From positions 868,001 to 932,000 of the forward strand of contig CP060755.1 of assembly GCA_023205875.1 (NCBI GenBank): a DNA stretch of 64,000 nucleotides, written 5' to 3'. The DNA is from Chloropicon primus. Lineage: Eukaryota. The notes beneath the pieces were generated by a model. It was given only the letters and a program-made list of their open reading frames with translations, ran no database searches and was not told the DNA's origin. This document shows positions 12,099 through 22,938 of the stretch, one piece after another; within the stretch, counting starts at the first letter, position 1, and each line of letters begins with the position of its first letter. Both the position numbers and the translations under genes were made by a program.

Positions 12099-12451
12099 CC
12101 TCTCCAGAATTCTCCAGAGAGGTCTGCAGGTCTCTCGGAACAGGAGGAGGAGGAGGAGGAGGAACAGGAGGAGGAGTCCTGTCCTGCGATGCCAGGCCAG
12201 GTGTCAAGGATGCATTGTGGCCTTCCTTCCTTCCCCTTTCTTAACGTGGGGAGGAGAGAACCAACACTTTACGAACCACAACAACCAAAGGGAGGGGACG
12301 GGGGAGTAGCGTTTTGTTTTGTGGGGGAGGCGCGTCATCGTCGTCGTCGTCGAGACCGGAGCACAGGAAGTGTTTTCTTTCTCTGTTTTTTTTGGTGTTT
12401 TTACAAAATACTCTTGTTAACACTGTAGAGAATACTTCTCCACTAACAGAT

Positions 12452-13484
12452 TTACTCGATGGAGAACTTCATGTTCTTGACATCGTAAACCTCGGAGTGA
12501 GGGTGGTGGGAACCGCACTCTCCCTGGCAGACGGCCATCTCGGCCATGTAGTCTCCAGCAGGCCACTGCTCTCCTCCCTGCTGCTGGCTAGGCTCAGTCT
12601 TGACCTGGAAGTCAATGCTGTAAACGTTAGGCTGGAGGCTTCCGAAGACCTGTCCGCTTCCGAGAACGTTACCCTCAGGGTCCTGGATGGCGAAGATGAG
12701 CTCTCCATCTCCGCATGGCTTGGTGACCTGGAGGGAAGCGCTGAAGTCGATCTCAGAGTCTCTGTGTCCTGGGTTAGGGCTGGCCTGGAAGTCAGTGATG
12801 TTGGCGGCACCTCCGTCGGTTGGGTGGCAGACGGTCAACAACTCGCAAGCGTAGAAGGGGTCCAAGTCGACCTTGCTGAGGATCTTGACGAACATGTCAA
12901 TTCCAACAATGTCACACAACAAGGCGCAAACCTCGCCCAAGGTCTGGTTTGGCAACATACCGCAAAGGGCGCTGCAGCCTCCGACAATGCCACCGTTGGC
13001 AATAATCTGGATGAGGTTGTTGATGGACTGGGAGACGAAGGAGATGCAGGTTGGGCACAAGTCGAGGCCAGCTGGCTGGTTCTCGGCGACAACGGCCTTG
13101 CCCTGAGGGGTGATGGTGATCCTCAAAGCTGGGACCTCGGTGTTTCCTGAGTATCGAGAGAGAGACGAGACGAGACAAAAAAGGAGAAGAAAAAGTGTGT
13201 GTGAGCACAAGAGCACGTTCGTCTCCAAACCAAGAAGGAGGCCAAGATGCCAGCAAACGAGGAAGCCGAGGCGTTCTTCGTGTCCTCTTCCCCTACAGCC
13301 CCAGGAGGCGCCTGAAAAAGGCCGAGTCTTTGGTGTTTCCTCCTCCTTGTCCCCACTTACCAGAATGGAGCTCCTGGGCCACAGCACCCACATTCTTCAA
13401 CTCGGTGCTAACGGCGGCGACGTTAGAGAGGAAGAGGCCAGCAATGATAGCGGCGGTGAAGACAGTGTATCTACCCTTGATCAT
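12452..13484 (-). CDS. Secreted countin-like saposin-B protein, 2 exons (intron 13147-13360)
   Basis: Signal peptide; CPTC...GGCSALC...VCALLCDIVG...DLDPFYACELLTVC saposin pattern; C-terminal CQGECGSHHPHS. Confidence 0.75.
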
Positions 13485-14207
13485 GGTGTACTACTGTGAC
13501 TGTAACTCTTGTTCGTTCGGTTCTCTCTCTTGTTTGCTAGCAGTCGAAACTGTGCAAGCAGATTCTGAGGCCGCAACAAGAAACAGCAAAATATTTTTTT
13601 TGGCGTCTCGAAACTGAAAACTGGAGCTTCTTGTTTTTTCTCCGCCACCAGCGAAGACGACTTCTTACTAATTCCTTGTTGGGGCGCAAAACGAGACGAA
13701 GACGACGAAGAGAGAGGAGTTCCTCTCTATTGTAATGACGTACGTGGTCTGGGCGTCGACGTACGGCGGCGCAAAGAACAACGGAACGAGAGACGAACGT
13801 GGTCATGCCAGCACAGACTCGAGGAGCAGGCTCCTGCTCCCTCCTCCTTTTGGTAGGAAGGCTATCTTTGTTATGAATTAGGAAGAGGAAGAGGAAGAGA
13901 GAGAACGACCCTGGCTGAAAAAACTGAAATAAAATATAGCCTACGACGCCTTCCGAAAAGTTAGTAGAAAGGATTAGGGAGTACGAGTAGGAGTAGGAGT
14001 AGAGTCCCTCCCAGGGGAAGGACGTCTCCAAGGTCCTCCATATCCTCTCCTCTTGCCTCCTGCTGCTCCTCCTCCTCCTGCTGGTCGGATCCCTCCTGCT
14101 CGGATCTGCTCGTGGATATTATTTTCCCAAGAGAGAGGAGAGAGAAAAAGTGAAGGGAAGGGTTATTTTTTTTTGGGAGGGTGGAGCTTGCCGAAGGAGA
14201 GAACACA

Positions 14208-15649
14208 ATGGCGACGAACGTGAAGTGGTTGGCGCAGCTGGCGACGAGGACGGCCTCGTGCGTCAACGCCTCGTGGAGGACGGGAGGGGCGAAGACGTTT
14301 AACCGACACCTCAACGTGCACGAGTACCAGGGAGCCAAGCATATGGCTGGCTTTGGGGTGAACGTTCCTCCGGGAATACCCGTCTTCACCGTCCAGGAGG
14401 CGGTCGACGCCGCCAAGAAGATGGACGGGGGATCCGGCGAGGTGCGTGATTATCCACCCTTGACTCTCGATGGAACGAACACAGCAGCAGCAACGACTGT
14501 CTTGCTTTGCTTGCTTGTTGGGATGGAGAGACTGACTCGTTCCACTCCATTCTCATTCCATTCAATGCTCATTCAATTCTCTCTCTCTGTCTCTCTCAGG
14601 TCGTGGTGAAGAGTCAGATTCTTGCCGGAGGAAGGGGCCTCGGAACCTTCAAGTCTGGGCTGCAGGGAGGCGTGCACATTTGCAAGACCGAGGAGGTGGA
14701 GAGCTTGGCCTCTCAAATGATTGGGGAGACCCTCGTGACGAAGCAGACCGGACCGGACGGCAAGCCGGTGAACTGCCTCTACATAGCGAAGAAGATGCAG
14801 CTGCAGAACGAAAAGTACTTTGCGATCCTGCTGGACAGGGGCAGCGGGGGTCCTCTCGTCATCGCCTGCAGCGAGGGCGGCACGAGCATCGAGGACCTCG
14901 CGGAGAAGTACCCGGACAAGATTATCAAGGTCCCGGTCGACATCAACACCGGAATCACGGACGACCAGGCGGCCCAGATCGTCGAGGGCCTCCAAGTCAG
15001 CGGATCCCAGTCCGAGGCCGCGAAGCAGGTGAAGGGCCTTTACAACCTCTTCGTCGAGAGCGACTGCACCATGGTCGAGGTCAACCCCCTGGCCGAGGAC
15101 CCTGAGGGAAACCTGATCGCTGCCGATGCCAAGCTCGGCTTCGACGACAACGCCGCCTTCAGGCAGAAGGAGCTCTTTGGCTTGAAGGACGACTCGCAGA
15201 TCGACCCGAGGGAGGTGGCTGCCAGCAAGTGGGACCTCAACTACATCGGATTGGACGGAGAGATAGGCTGCATGGTCAACGGCGCTGGGCTGGCCATGGC
15301 CACCATGGACATCATCAAGCTTCACGGCGGCACCCCCGCCAACTTCTTGGACGTGGGAGGATCCGCCGAGAAGCAGCAGATTGTCGAGGCCTTCAAGATC
15401 TTGACCATGGACAGCCACGTCAAGGCCATCCTGGTCAACATCTTCGGTGGCATCATGAAGTGCGACGTGATTGCCGCCGGAATCGTCGCCGCCGCCCAGG
15501 AGCTCGACCTCAAGGTTCCCCTCATCGTGAGGCTAGAGGGAACCAACGTGGAGACTGGCAAGAAGATCATGGACGAGAGCGACATGAAGATCATCACCGC
15601 CGTTGACCTCGACGACGCCGCGAAGAAGGCTGTCCAAGCCATCAAGTAG
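14208..15649 (+). CDS. sucC: Succinyl-CoA ligase beta subunit, mitochondrial (intron 14442-14599)
   Basis: [34 protein letters not shown] and [10 protein letters not shown] motifs. Confidence 0.96.
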
Positions 15650-15851
15650 GCCCTGACTCTGTGTTGAGAGATGGATTATTGAGATGGAGATGGATCAGTC
15701 AGCCAGGGGTGATTGTTTTTGCTAGGTACACAAAAGTATTTTTTAAAAAAAAGGAATACATATATTTTTTAGATAGATCGACGGAGGGATCGCCTTAGAA
15801 GCAGCAGCGGCGGCAGCGGCAGCGGCGGCGGGTTTGAATACCTATGGATCG

Positions 15852-16216
15852 TCACAGGCACTCCGGCGTGCTGCACATGCCCGCGTCGACGATCTTGGCC
15901 TGAACCTCCGCGCCAGCGGTGTTGTCCTTCTTCCCCTTGGCGTGCGAATTTATCTCCCGCGCGATGTCCATCCCTCGGACCACCTCGCCGAAGACGACGT
16001 AGTGGCCGTCGAGGTGGGGCGCCGGGGCCATCAGAATAGAAAAGTGGCTCGTGTTCGTGTCCGGCCCGTAGTTCGCCATGGACAACAGCCCGGAGCGGGT
16101 GTGCTTCAGCTTGAGGCCGCCCGGGTCGTCCTTGAACTTGCCCCCGTAGATGGACTCCGTGCCTGCCCCCGTCTGATCGATGAACTGGTCGATGATTCTG
16201 AGAGGTGATGACGATG

Positions 16217-16253
<37 letters not shown>

Positions 16254-16803
16254 CAACGTTTCAGACGAGGAAGGAGGAAACAAGGACGTTGGATGAGGAC
16301 GATGGTCATGATGACGTTGAGATGAACGCTAAAACTCACCTGTAGAAGCTCCTCCCCTTGAACCAGTACGTCTGACCCGCGCCCTCCTTGCCCTCCGGCA
16401 CGACTCCCTTCTCCCCCGTGCACAGCGCCCTGAAGTTCTCGGCCGCCAGGTGGGACACGTCGTTGTAGAGCGCGAAGACTATCCTGCCCTTGGGCACCCC
16501 AGCAATCTCAATATCAAAGTAAGTGTGAGGCAGCTGGCTCAGCCTGACCTCCTCCTCGGTCTTGGCCGGCACCACCGGTGCACCCGATGCCCTCCCGGAC
16601 GACAGCCGAACCTCTTCGACCCCCCCCCGAAGAAGAAGAAGACTCTCTCCATCATCATCACCACCACCACCATGCCTCCTCAGTCCTGTTGAAGCTGTTT
16701 TGGTTCTGGTTTCGAGACCGAGGACGCACACGACGAGGACGGCGACGAGGGTCCAGACCCTCCAGGCGTTCCGCGCGCCGCCCTGGCGTCCCCTTGCCCC
16801 CAT
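15852..16803 (-). CDS. Cyclophilin-type PPIase with N-terminal signal/membrane anchor (intron 16198-16339)
   Basis: AENFRALCTGEKG, FYRII, SIYGGKFKDD, LSMANYGPDTNTSHF and HLDGHYVVFGEV motifs. Confidence 0.92.
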
Positions 16804-16913
16804 CGCGAGCGAACGACGACGACGACGACAGCAGAAAAGCGCGCGGGAAGAGGAAGAGGAGGACAGAAAAGCGCGGGAGAGGAGGGCGAGTGACGGGAGG
16901 TTGACGGGAGAGG

Positions 16914-18266
16914 ATGCCAGCTGCGCGTGGGAAGGGGAAGGGGAAGGGGAGGAGCAAGCCGACCGCGACGAGGAAGAAGGCGCAGGTTGCGGAGAGGAAG
17001 AGGAAGGAGAAGAAGAGGAAGAGCAGGGAGGACCTGGATGAGGAGTGGGACGCGGAGGCCGGGAAGGAGCTCGTGGAGAGGCTGGGCTCCGACGACGACA
17101 TCCTGAGGCACGTCAGGGCGATCAAGGAGAGCCTGAGGAGGGAGAACGCCAAGCCCAAGACGCTGAGCTCGCTGAACTTGGCGGGAAAGTTTCGTGAGGT
17201 CGTGGACAAGGACACGAGGTCGGTGCTGACGGAGATCGAGAGGGTGATCCTGGACGCTGCGGAGAGCATCCTGGAGGGACGGGGGCTGGGGTTCCACGTC
17301 CCCTCCAGGGGGTCCGGCAACCAGCACTATGTGCAGGAGCTGGACCGGATCGTCCTCAAGGACTCGAAGACGCAGAGGTCCTTCGGGAACAGGGGGGAGG
17401 TCAGGAAGGTCGCGATCATGTCCAAGCTCATGCAGCTCGTGTACGAGCTGTGCAGCAAGGACATCACCGCGACGAAGAGAGATTTGTTCTACTCGGACGT
17501 CAAGCTTTTCAAGAAGCAGGACGAGTCTGACGCCGCGCTTGAGGACGTGACCTGCATGCTGGGGTGCACGAGGTGCTCCCTGCACGTCGTGGCGAGTGAG
17601 AAGGGCCTGGTCGTGGGGAGGCTGAGGTACCGGGAGGCGGGGGACGTCATCGACTGCACGCGGATGGGGGTGGGGGGGAAGGCCATCCCCTCGAACATCC
17701 AAAAGTGCACCGACTTCGAGTCGGACGCGGAGTTCATCCTGCTGGTGGAGAAGGACGCCGCCTTCCAGAGGCTCGCGGAGGACAGGTTCTACAACAGGTT
17801 CCCGTGCATCATCATCACTGGGAAGGGCCAGCCGGACGTGGCCACCAGGCAGTTCCTGCGCAAGATGCAGCAGGACCTCAAGCTCCAGGTCCTCGCCCTC
17901 GTGGACGCCGATCCTTACGGCCTGAACATCATCTCGGTGTACACCAGGGGTTCCAAGAACATGTCGTTCGACAGCTCGAACCTCACGACGCCTGGGATAA
18001 AGTGGCTCGGGGTGAGGCCCAGCGACTTGGACAGGTTCAAGCTGCCGAACCAGTGCCGCCTGGACATGACGGAGCACGATACGAGGCTGGGGGAGAAGCT
18101 CCTGAAGGAGGACTTCATGAAGGCGAACCCGGAGTGGTCCAAGGAGCTCCAGATCATGCTCGACACGGGGGAGAAGGCCGAGATCCAGGCCCTGAGCTCC
18201 TTTGGGTTCCAGTACCTGACGGAGGTGTACCTGCCGCTGAAGCTGCAGGAGAGGGACTGGATCTGA
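16914..18266 (+). CDS. TOP6A: DNA topoisomerase VI subunit A (SPO11-3 type)
   Basis: [16 protein letters not shown] (catalytic Tyr), [25 protein letters not shown] and [15 protein letters not shown] motifs. Confidence 0.93.
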   Translation: MPAARGKGKGKGRSKPTATRKKAQVAERKRKEKKRKSREDLDEEWDAEAGKELVERLGSDDDILRHVRAIKESLRRENAKPKTLSSLNLAGKFREVVDKDTRSVLTEIERVILDAAESILEGRGLGFHVPSRGSGNQHYVQELDRIVLKDSKTQRSFGNRGEVRKVAIMSKLMQLVYELCSKDITATKRDLFYSDVKLFKKQDESDAALEDVTCMLGCTRCSLHVVASEKGLVVGRLRYREAGDVIDCTRMGVGGKAIPSNIQKCTDFESDAEFILLVEKDAAFQRLAEDRFYNRFPCIIITGKGQPDVATRQFLRKMQQDLKLQVLALVDADPYGLNIISVYTRGSKNMSFDSSNLTTPGIKWLGVRPSDLDRFKLPNQCRLDMTEHDTRLGEKLLKEDFMKANPEWSKELQIMLDTGEKAEIQALSSFGFQYLTEVYLPLKLQERDWI

Positions 18267-18593
18267 GAGGGACTGATGGAAGGAAGGGAGGAAGGGAGGG
18301 AGGAAGGGAGGAAGGAAGGGAGGAAGGATGAGGATGATGAGGATGATCTGAACAGCAGCAGCAACAACAACAACAACGACGACAACAGGGATGTGGGTGT
18401 GGGTGTGGGTGTGGGTGGGTGGGCGGGTGTATATATATATATATATGAGGTTGGTTTACAGTTGAATTTGTTTTTGCTGGAGATGGACGATAGGACCCCT
18501 TAGCTCCCCTTCTGAGTCGCCATGAACCCGGCGGGCTTCTTCCTCCCCTTGAGGACCCGGCTGATGGACGAATGCCGGCGAAAGGATCCCCCT

Positions 18594-19130
18594 TTAGCTC
18601 CCCTTCTCGTCGTCGCTGGGAACACCATCAACATCATCAGCAGCAGCAGCAGCAGCAGCCTCCAGGGCGGCCTTGGCCTTGCGCCGGGCCCAAGCCTTCC
18701 GCATGCTCTCGGAGATCTTCTTCCTGTGCTCCTCGGCCATAAAGTCCTCCGGCTTCTTCCTGCTCTTCTGAGTCGCCTTGATCTTCGCCTTGTGGACCTC
18801 GGACATGAACCCCGCGGGCTTCTTCCTCCCCTTGAGGGCCCGGCTGATGGCCTCCCGGTGCTCCACGCTCAACCTCCTCGTCGTCGCTGGAGCACCAGCC
18901 GCGTTCGTCGACCGGCGACGCCGGCTCCCGGTGCTCTGGCTGGCGTCCTCCCGCCCGGGGACCGGGTCGCAGGCCGAACCCCCGTCGTAGTCGTCGTACG
19001 ACGAGAACAAGTCGCCCGAGGAGGTGCCATCCCTGGGACGGGCACAGGGCCTGGTGATCCACGAGGGGCGCGGGCGACGAAGCAAGACAGAGGGGCGTGC
19101 CAGCCTCGGGACGGCGAACACGGCGGCCAT
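18594..19130 (-). CDS. Small NUMOD3-repeat protein with probable plastid transit peptide
   Basis: Three motifs (SVEHREAISRALKG, SEVHKAKIKATQKS, AEEHRKKISESMR); A/R/S/P-rich N-terminus. Confidence 0.7.
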   Translation of the reverse strand: MAAVFAVPRLARPSVLLRRPRPSWITRPCARPRDGTSSGDLFSSYDDYDGGSACDPVPGREDASQSTGSRRRRSTNAAGAPATTRRLSVEHREAISRALKGRKKPAGFMSEVHKAKIKATQKSRKKPEDFMAEEHRKKISESMRKAWARRKAKAALEAAAAAAADDVDGVPSDDEKGS

Positions 19131-19253
19131 CAAGGGAACGAACGGGAACGGGAACGGGTGTGCTCGACAGTGCCCCTCGCGTCGTCTCTGTCTCTCAGGG
19201 AAGCGCTGCCCATCAGTACATAGAGTAGAAAAACTCCGAATTGTGAGTGTCCA

Positions 19254-19354
19254 GCCTTAGTAGCTCAGTTGGTAGTCAGCGTTACCTTCGTACAGAATCT
19301 TATTTCTCGTATAGGAAAAGGTAAAGGTCCGGAGTTCGATTCTCCGCTGAGGCA
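19254..19354 (+). tRNA. trnT-CGU: tRNA-Thr(CGU) with 26-nt intron (19293-19318)
   Basis: Acceptor stem GCCTTAG/CTGAGGC, anticodon stem TTACC/GGTAA, anticodon CGT at 19289-91, T-arm CGGAG-TTCGATT-CTCCG, T7 Pol III terminator. Confidence 0.9.
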
Positions 19355-19758
19355 TTTTTTTGGATTCTATGAGCGACGTTAATTGTACAAGGATCACGAC
19401 GAGATCGTTGATCGTAACGGCTGAGGACGGCGACGAGGACGGCGAGGGCGAACGAGGACGAGGCGAGAAGAGAAACGAACGAGTACGGGAGCGCGCGGAG
19501 GAGGAGAAGAGAGAGGCGGAGGACAGGAAGGTCGTCGTCGTCGTCTCTTGCTCTTTCGAAAGAGCCGTCGCGCGAAAGAAACGACCCAGTGTTGAGCATC
19601 TGACGACGACACGAAACACGAAAAAGAGAGAGGCAGAAAGAGATCGAGGAGTAGATCACCGAGGAGGGGAGGCGACGACGAGGGCGGGAGTTTGTGCCGG
19701 AGGTTTCTCTCGAGCGGTAGACTAGCGGGAGGAGCGTCTCTCGTCTCTCGTTCGGACG

Positions 19759-20660
19759 ATGAACATCGAGCCGGACGAGGTTTGGGTGGAGCGCGTCGTG
19801 GCCCTGTTGGCGTCCTCGGAAGGAGAAGGGTTGCAGAGTGCGGAGTTGGAACGGAAGCTCCAGGAGGAGCACTTAGTTACCCCCGAGTTTGTCGTGAACG
19901 TGTTGGCGAGGGTGGTGAACCAGTTGCTGGCGGAGCACAAGATCCAGCTCCTGGAGGGCGGCGCCGCGGATGGTTCCGGGAGGAGGAAAGTGTTTTACAA
20001 GCTGAACAGGCAGGAGGAGCAGAGGAAGCTCGAGGGGTTGGGGAGGGAGGACCTGCTGGTGTACCAGATCATCCAAAGTTCGAGCGATATGGGGATCTGG
20101 ACCAAGGACTTGAAGACGAAGGCCGGGCTGCAGCAGCCGCAGGTCGCGAAGATCCTCAAGTTCCTCGAGCAGAGGAAGCTGATCAAGTCGATCAAGTGGG
20201 TGACGAACAGGAACAGGAAGGTGTACATGGCGTTTGACGTCCAGCCCAGCAAGGAGATCACGGGGGGGGCCTGGTACACGAACAACGAGCTGGACGAGGA
20301 GATGATAGGGGCGGCGATGAAGATATGCCTCAAGAGCGTCCGGGAGAAGGGGGGCAGGGTCAGCTTTCGCGAGGTCGCGGCAGAAGTGAAGAAAAGCGAG
20401 TTGTTCCGCACGGCCCTGGACGAGGACGAGGTCAGGAGCATCCTGAAGCTCCTGGTGTACGACGGCAAGCTGGAGCAATGCGACGAGGGGTGCAGTGACG
20501 GCGGGGTGTACTTCAAGCTCTCCAAGGTGAAGCCCCCCGCGAGCCTGCCGGAGCACCTCGTGCCCCTCCTGCAGATGGGCTGGCACACCAGGAGCGGGGA
20601 AGGGTCCAGGGAAAGCGAGGAGGCCTTGGCGGAGGGCGAGTACTTCTTCTTCAAGGGAGG
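19759..20660 (+). CDS. POLR3F: RNA polymerase III subunit RPC34/RPC6; no stop codon, ORF continues into the ankyrin gene
   Basis: MGIWTKDLK, LEQRKLIKSIK, KVYMAFDVQPSKEITGGAWY and LVYDGKLE motifs. Confidence 0.88.
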
Positions 20661-20703
20661 GGGCACCACACACACACACACACACACACAGAGAGAAGTG
20701 CTC

Positions 20704-22647
20704 ATGGAGGAGACGAGAGAGAGAGAGAGGCAGAGGAGGAAGGCCAAGCATGCCTTCGAAGTGCTGCCCGAGTGGGCGTGGCTCCTGGTCATGAAGAAGC
20801 TCAGCTCCTACGACCGGATCGCTTTCGCCTTGACCTGCAGGGCGTTCCTCGAGGCGGTGACGACGACGACGACGGCAACGGCGAACCCTGAGCTGAAGAA
20901 GAAGGTTGCTCTGAAGACGGACCTAGAGACAGAGAGGTTGTTCAAGGAGATGCCTTGCTTCAGTTTGGGTTGGTTCCAGTGGGTGTCTCGGTCGTTCAAA
21001 AGGAAGAAGAAAACACCGGGCAAGTTGAGAGATAGCAAGCCCTCCAGCCACTTGGGAAAGTACTACGACCACTTGTACGACTCTGACCTGATGTTTCTCG
21101 CCGCTTTCCAGGGCAGCAAGAAGGTGATGCAGTGGTTGGTGAGTCAAGGGATCCCTTTGAATCTCAATCGCGAGTATCATGGAGTGGTAGCAGCTACAGG
21201 AGCTGCTGCAGGAGGTCACATTGAGTTGCTGGAATGGTTGAGGAGCGAGGGGTGCGGATTTCATGAGAGGACTTGTGCTGCTGCAGCTGAAGGAGGCCAC
21301 CTTGATGTTCTGCAGTGGGCTCGAAGCCAGGACCCGCCTTGCCCTTGGGACGCGGGGACTTGTAGGAGGGCAGCTATGGGAGGTCACCTTGATGTTCTGC
21401 AGTGGGCTCGAAGCCAGGACCCGCCTTGCCCTTGGGACGCGGGGACTTGTTTTGGGGCAGCTGGAGGAGGTCACCTTGATATTCTGCAGTGGGCTCGAAG
21501 CCAAGACCCGCCTTGTCCCTGGGGCGCGACTACTTGTGCTTTAGCAGCTGAAGGAGGTCACCTTGATGTTCTGCAGTGGGCTCGAAGCCAGGACCCGCCT
21601 TGCCCTTGGGATGCGGGGACTTGTGGGATGGCAGCTATGGGAGGTCACATTGATGTTCTGCAGTGGGCTCGAAGCCAGGACCCGCCTTGCCCTTGGGACT
21701 TGATGACTTGTGCTGCTGCAGCTAAATATGGTCACCTTGATGTCCTGCAGTGGCTTCGAAGCCAGGACCCGCCTTGTGATTGGGACTGGGTAACTTGTGC
21801 TGCTGCAGCTGAAGGAGGCCACCTTGATGTTCTGCGGTGGGCTCGAAGCCAGCACCCGCCTTGCCCTTGGAACAAGCAGACTTGTTTGGGGGCAGCTTAT
21901 GCGGGTCACCTTGATGTCATGCAGTGGCTTCGAAGCCAGGACCCGCCTTGCCTTTGGGACAAGGAGACTTGTTCTAATGCAGCTGGAGGAGGTCACGTTG
22001 ATGTCCTGCAGTGGCTTCGAAGCCAGGACCCGCCTTGCCCTTGGAACAAGCAGACTTGTTTTGGGGCAGCTATGAAAGGTCACCTTGGTGTTCTGCAGTG
22101 GGCTCGAAGCCAGGACCCGCCTTGTGATTGGACCTGGGAGACTTGTTGGTACGCAGCTCAATTTGGTCACCTCGATGTCCTGCAGTGGCTTCGAAGCCAG
22201 GACCCGCCTTGCCCTTGGAACTCGCAGACTTGTGCTGCTGCAGCTATGAAAGGTCACCTTGATGTTCTGCAGTGGGCTCGAAGCCAGGACCTGCCATGTG
22301 ATTGGAACGAGGTGACTTGTGAATTGGCAGCTGAAGGAGGTCACCTTGATGTTCTGCAGTGGGCTCGAAGCCAGGACCCGCCTTGCCCTTGGAACGAGAA
22401 GACTTGTGAATTGGCAGCTCGAGGAGGTCACCTTCACGTTCTGCAGTGGCTTACAAGCCAGGACCCGCCTTGCTCTTGGGATCCAGTGGCATGCCTTGAT
22501 GCGGCTGTCGCGAACAGTCACCACGAAACGTACAATTGGATCATGAATCAGAGGGACGCCTTTGATGCCAACGACATATTGAGATATATGGGGCGTAAAA
22601 TCCTCAGCGAAGAGTCTGAAGAAGAGTATTACGGATATTACGACTAA
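20704..22647 (+). CDS. F-box-like N-terminus + ankyrin-repeat protein (PCPW-type repeats)
   Basis: LPEWAWLLVMKKLSSYDRIAFALTCRAF F-box-like motif; 14 x 29-aa repeats WxxxTCxxAAxxGHLDVLQWARSQDPPCP. Confidence 0.88.
   Translation: MEETRERERQRRKAKHAFEVLPEWAWLLVMKKLSSYDRIAFALTCRAFLEAVTTTTTATANPELKKKVALKTDLETERLFKEMPCFSLGWFQWVSRSFKRKKKTPGKLRDSKPSSHLGKYYDHLYDSDLMFLAAFQGSKKVMQWLVSQGIPLNLNREYHGVVAATGAAAGGHIELLEWLRSEGCGFHERTCAAAAEGGHLDVLQWARSQDPPCPWDAGTCRRAAMGGHLDVLQWARSQDPPCPWDAGTCFGAAGGGHLDILQWARSQDPPCPWGATTCALAAEGGHLDVLQWARSQDPPCPWDAGTCGMAAMGGHIDVLQWARSQDPPCPWDLMTCAAAAKYGHLDVLQWLRSQDPPCDWDWVTCAAAAEGGHLDVLRWARSQHPPCPWNKQTCLGAAYAGHLDVMQWLRSQDPPCLWDKETCSNAAGGGHVDVLQWLRSQDPPCPWNKQTCFGAAMKGHLGVLQWARSQDPPCDWTWETCWYAAQFGHLDVLQWLRSQDPPCPWNSQTCAAAAMKGHLDVLQWARSQDLPCDWNEVTCELAAEGGHLDVLQWARSQDPPCPWNEKTCELAARGGHLHVLQWLTSQDPPCSWDPVACLDAAVANSHHETYNWIMNQRDAFDANDILRYMGRKILSEESEEEYYGYYD
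21262..22480 (+). repeat. Coding tandem array, 14 x 87 bp
   Basis: 87-nt period (CTTGATGTTC at 21301 and 21388); ACTTGT and GCAGCT invariant in all 14 units. Confidence 0.97.
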
Positions 22648-22831
22648 CGTTGGACCTCTAACCATGGCAATCACTGAGCTTCTATCGAACACCTGATGCA
22701 ATGAAACTTAGCTTTGCTTTGATCTTTCTTTTCGCCATTCCTTGCTTCTTTCATTCGCCATCTCCTCGACGATGTGGACATCATCGCGAGGCATTTCTCT
22801 GCGTAACGGGCGAGCACGAGGGCGAACCAGG

Positions 22832-22834
<3 letters not shown>

Positions 22835-22866
<32 letters not shown>

Positions 22867-22938
22867 AGGAGCGGAGAGCAAGGGAATGCGTTGGATGTGC
22901 TCCCAAAGGAAATGTGGCTTTTGGTGTTGAAGAAGCTG
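22835..22938 (+). pseudogene. 5' half of a second F-box-ankyrin paralogue
   Basis: (GA)n then NALDVLPKEMWLLVLKKL, matching (GA)n then HAFEVLPEWAWLLVMKKL at about 20715-20800. Confidence 0.75.

Noticed and set aside
13537..14031. 164-aa intergenic ORF
   Set aside because: Low-complexity divergent-promoter DNA without coding bias
16914..18266. Meiotic SPO11-1/2
   Set aside because: ELDRIVLKD and [15 protein letters not shown] motifs fit the TOP6A/SPO11-3 clade
18270..18450. Cluster of simple repeats (GGAA, GAT, CAA, GGGTGT, TA)
   Set aside because: Typical UTR microsatellites seen throughout this window
21262..22480. CRISPR-like repeat/spacer array
   Set aside because: Repeats are in-frame coding, variable blocks are only 6-9 nt, there are no cas genes and the context is eukaryotic
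21262..22480. Diversity-generating retroelement
   Set aside because: No reverse transcriptase or template repeat in the window, and variation is not evidently adenine-specific
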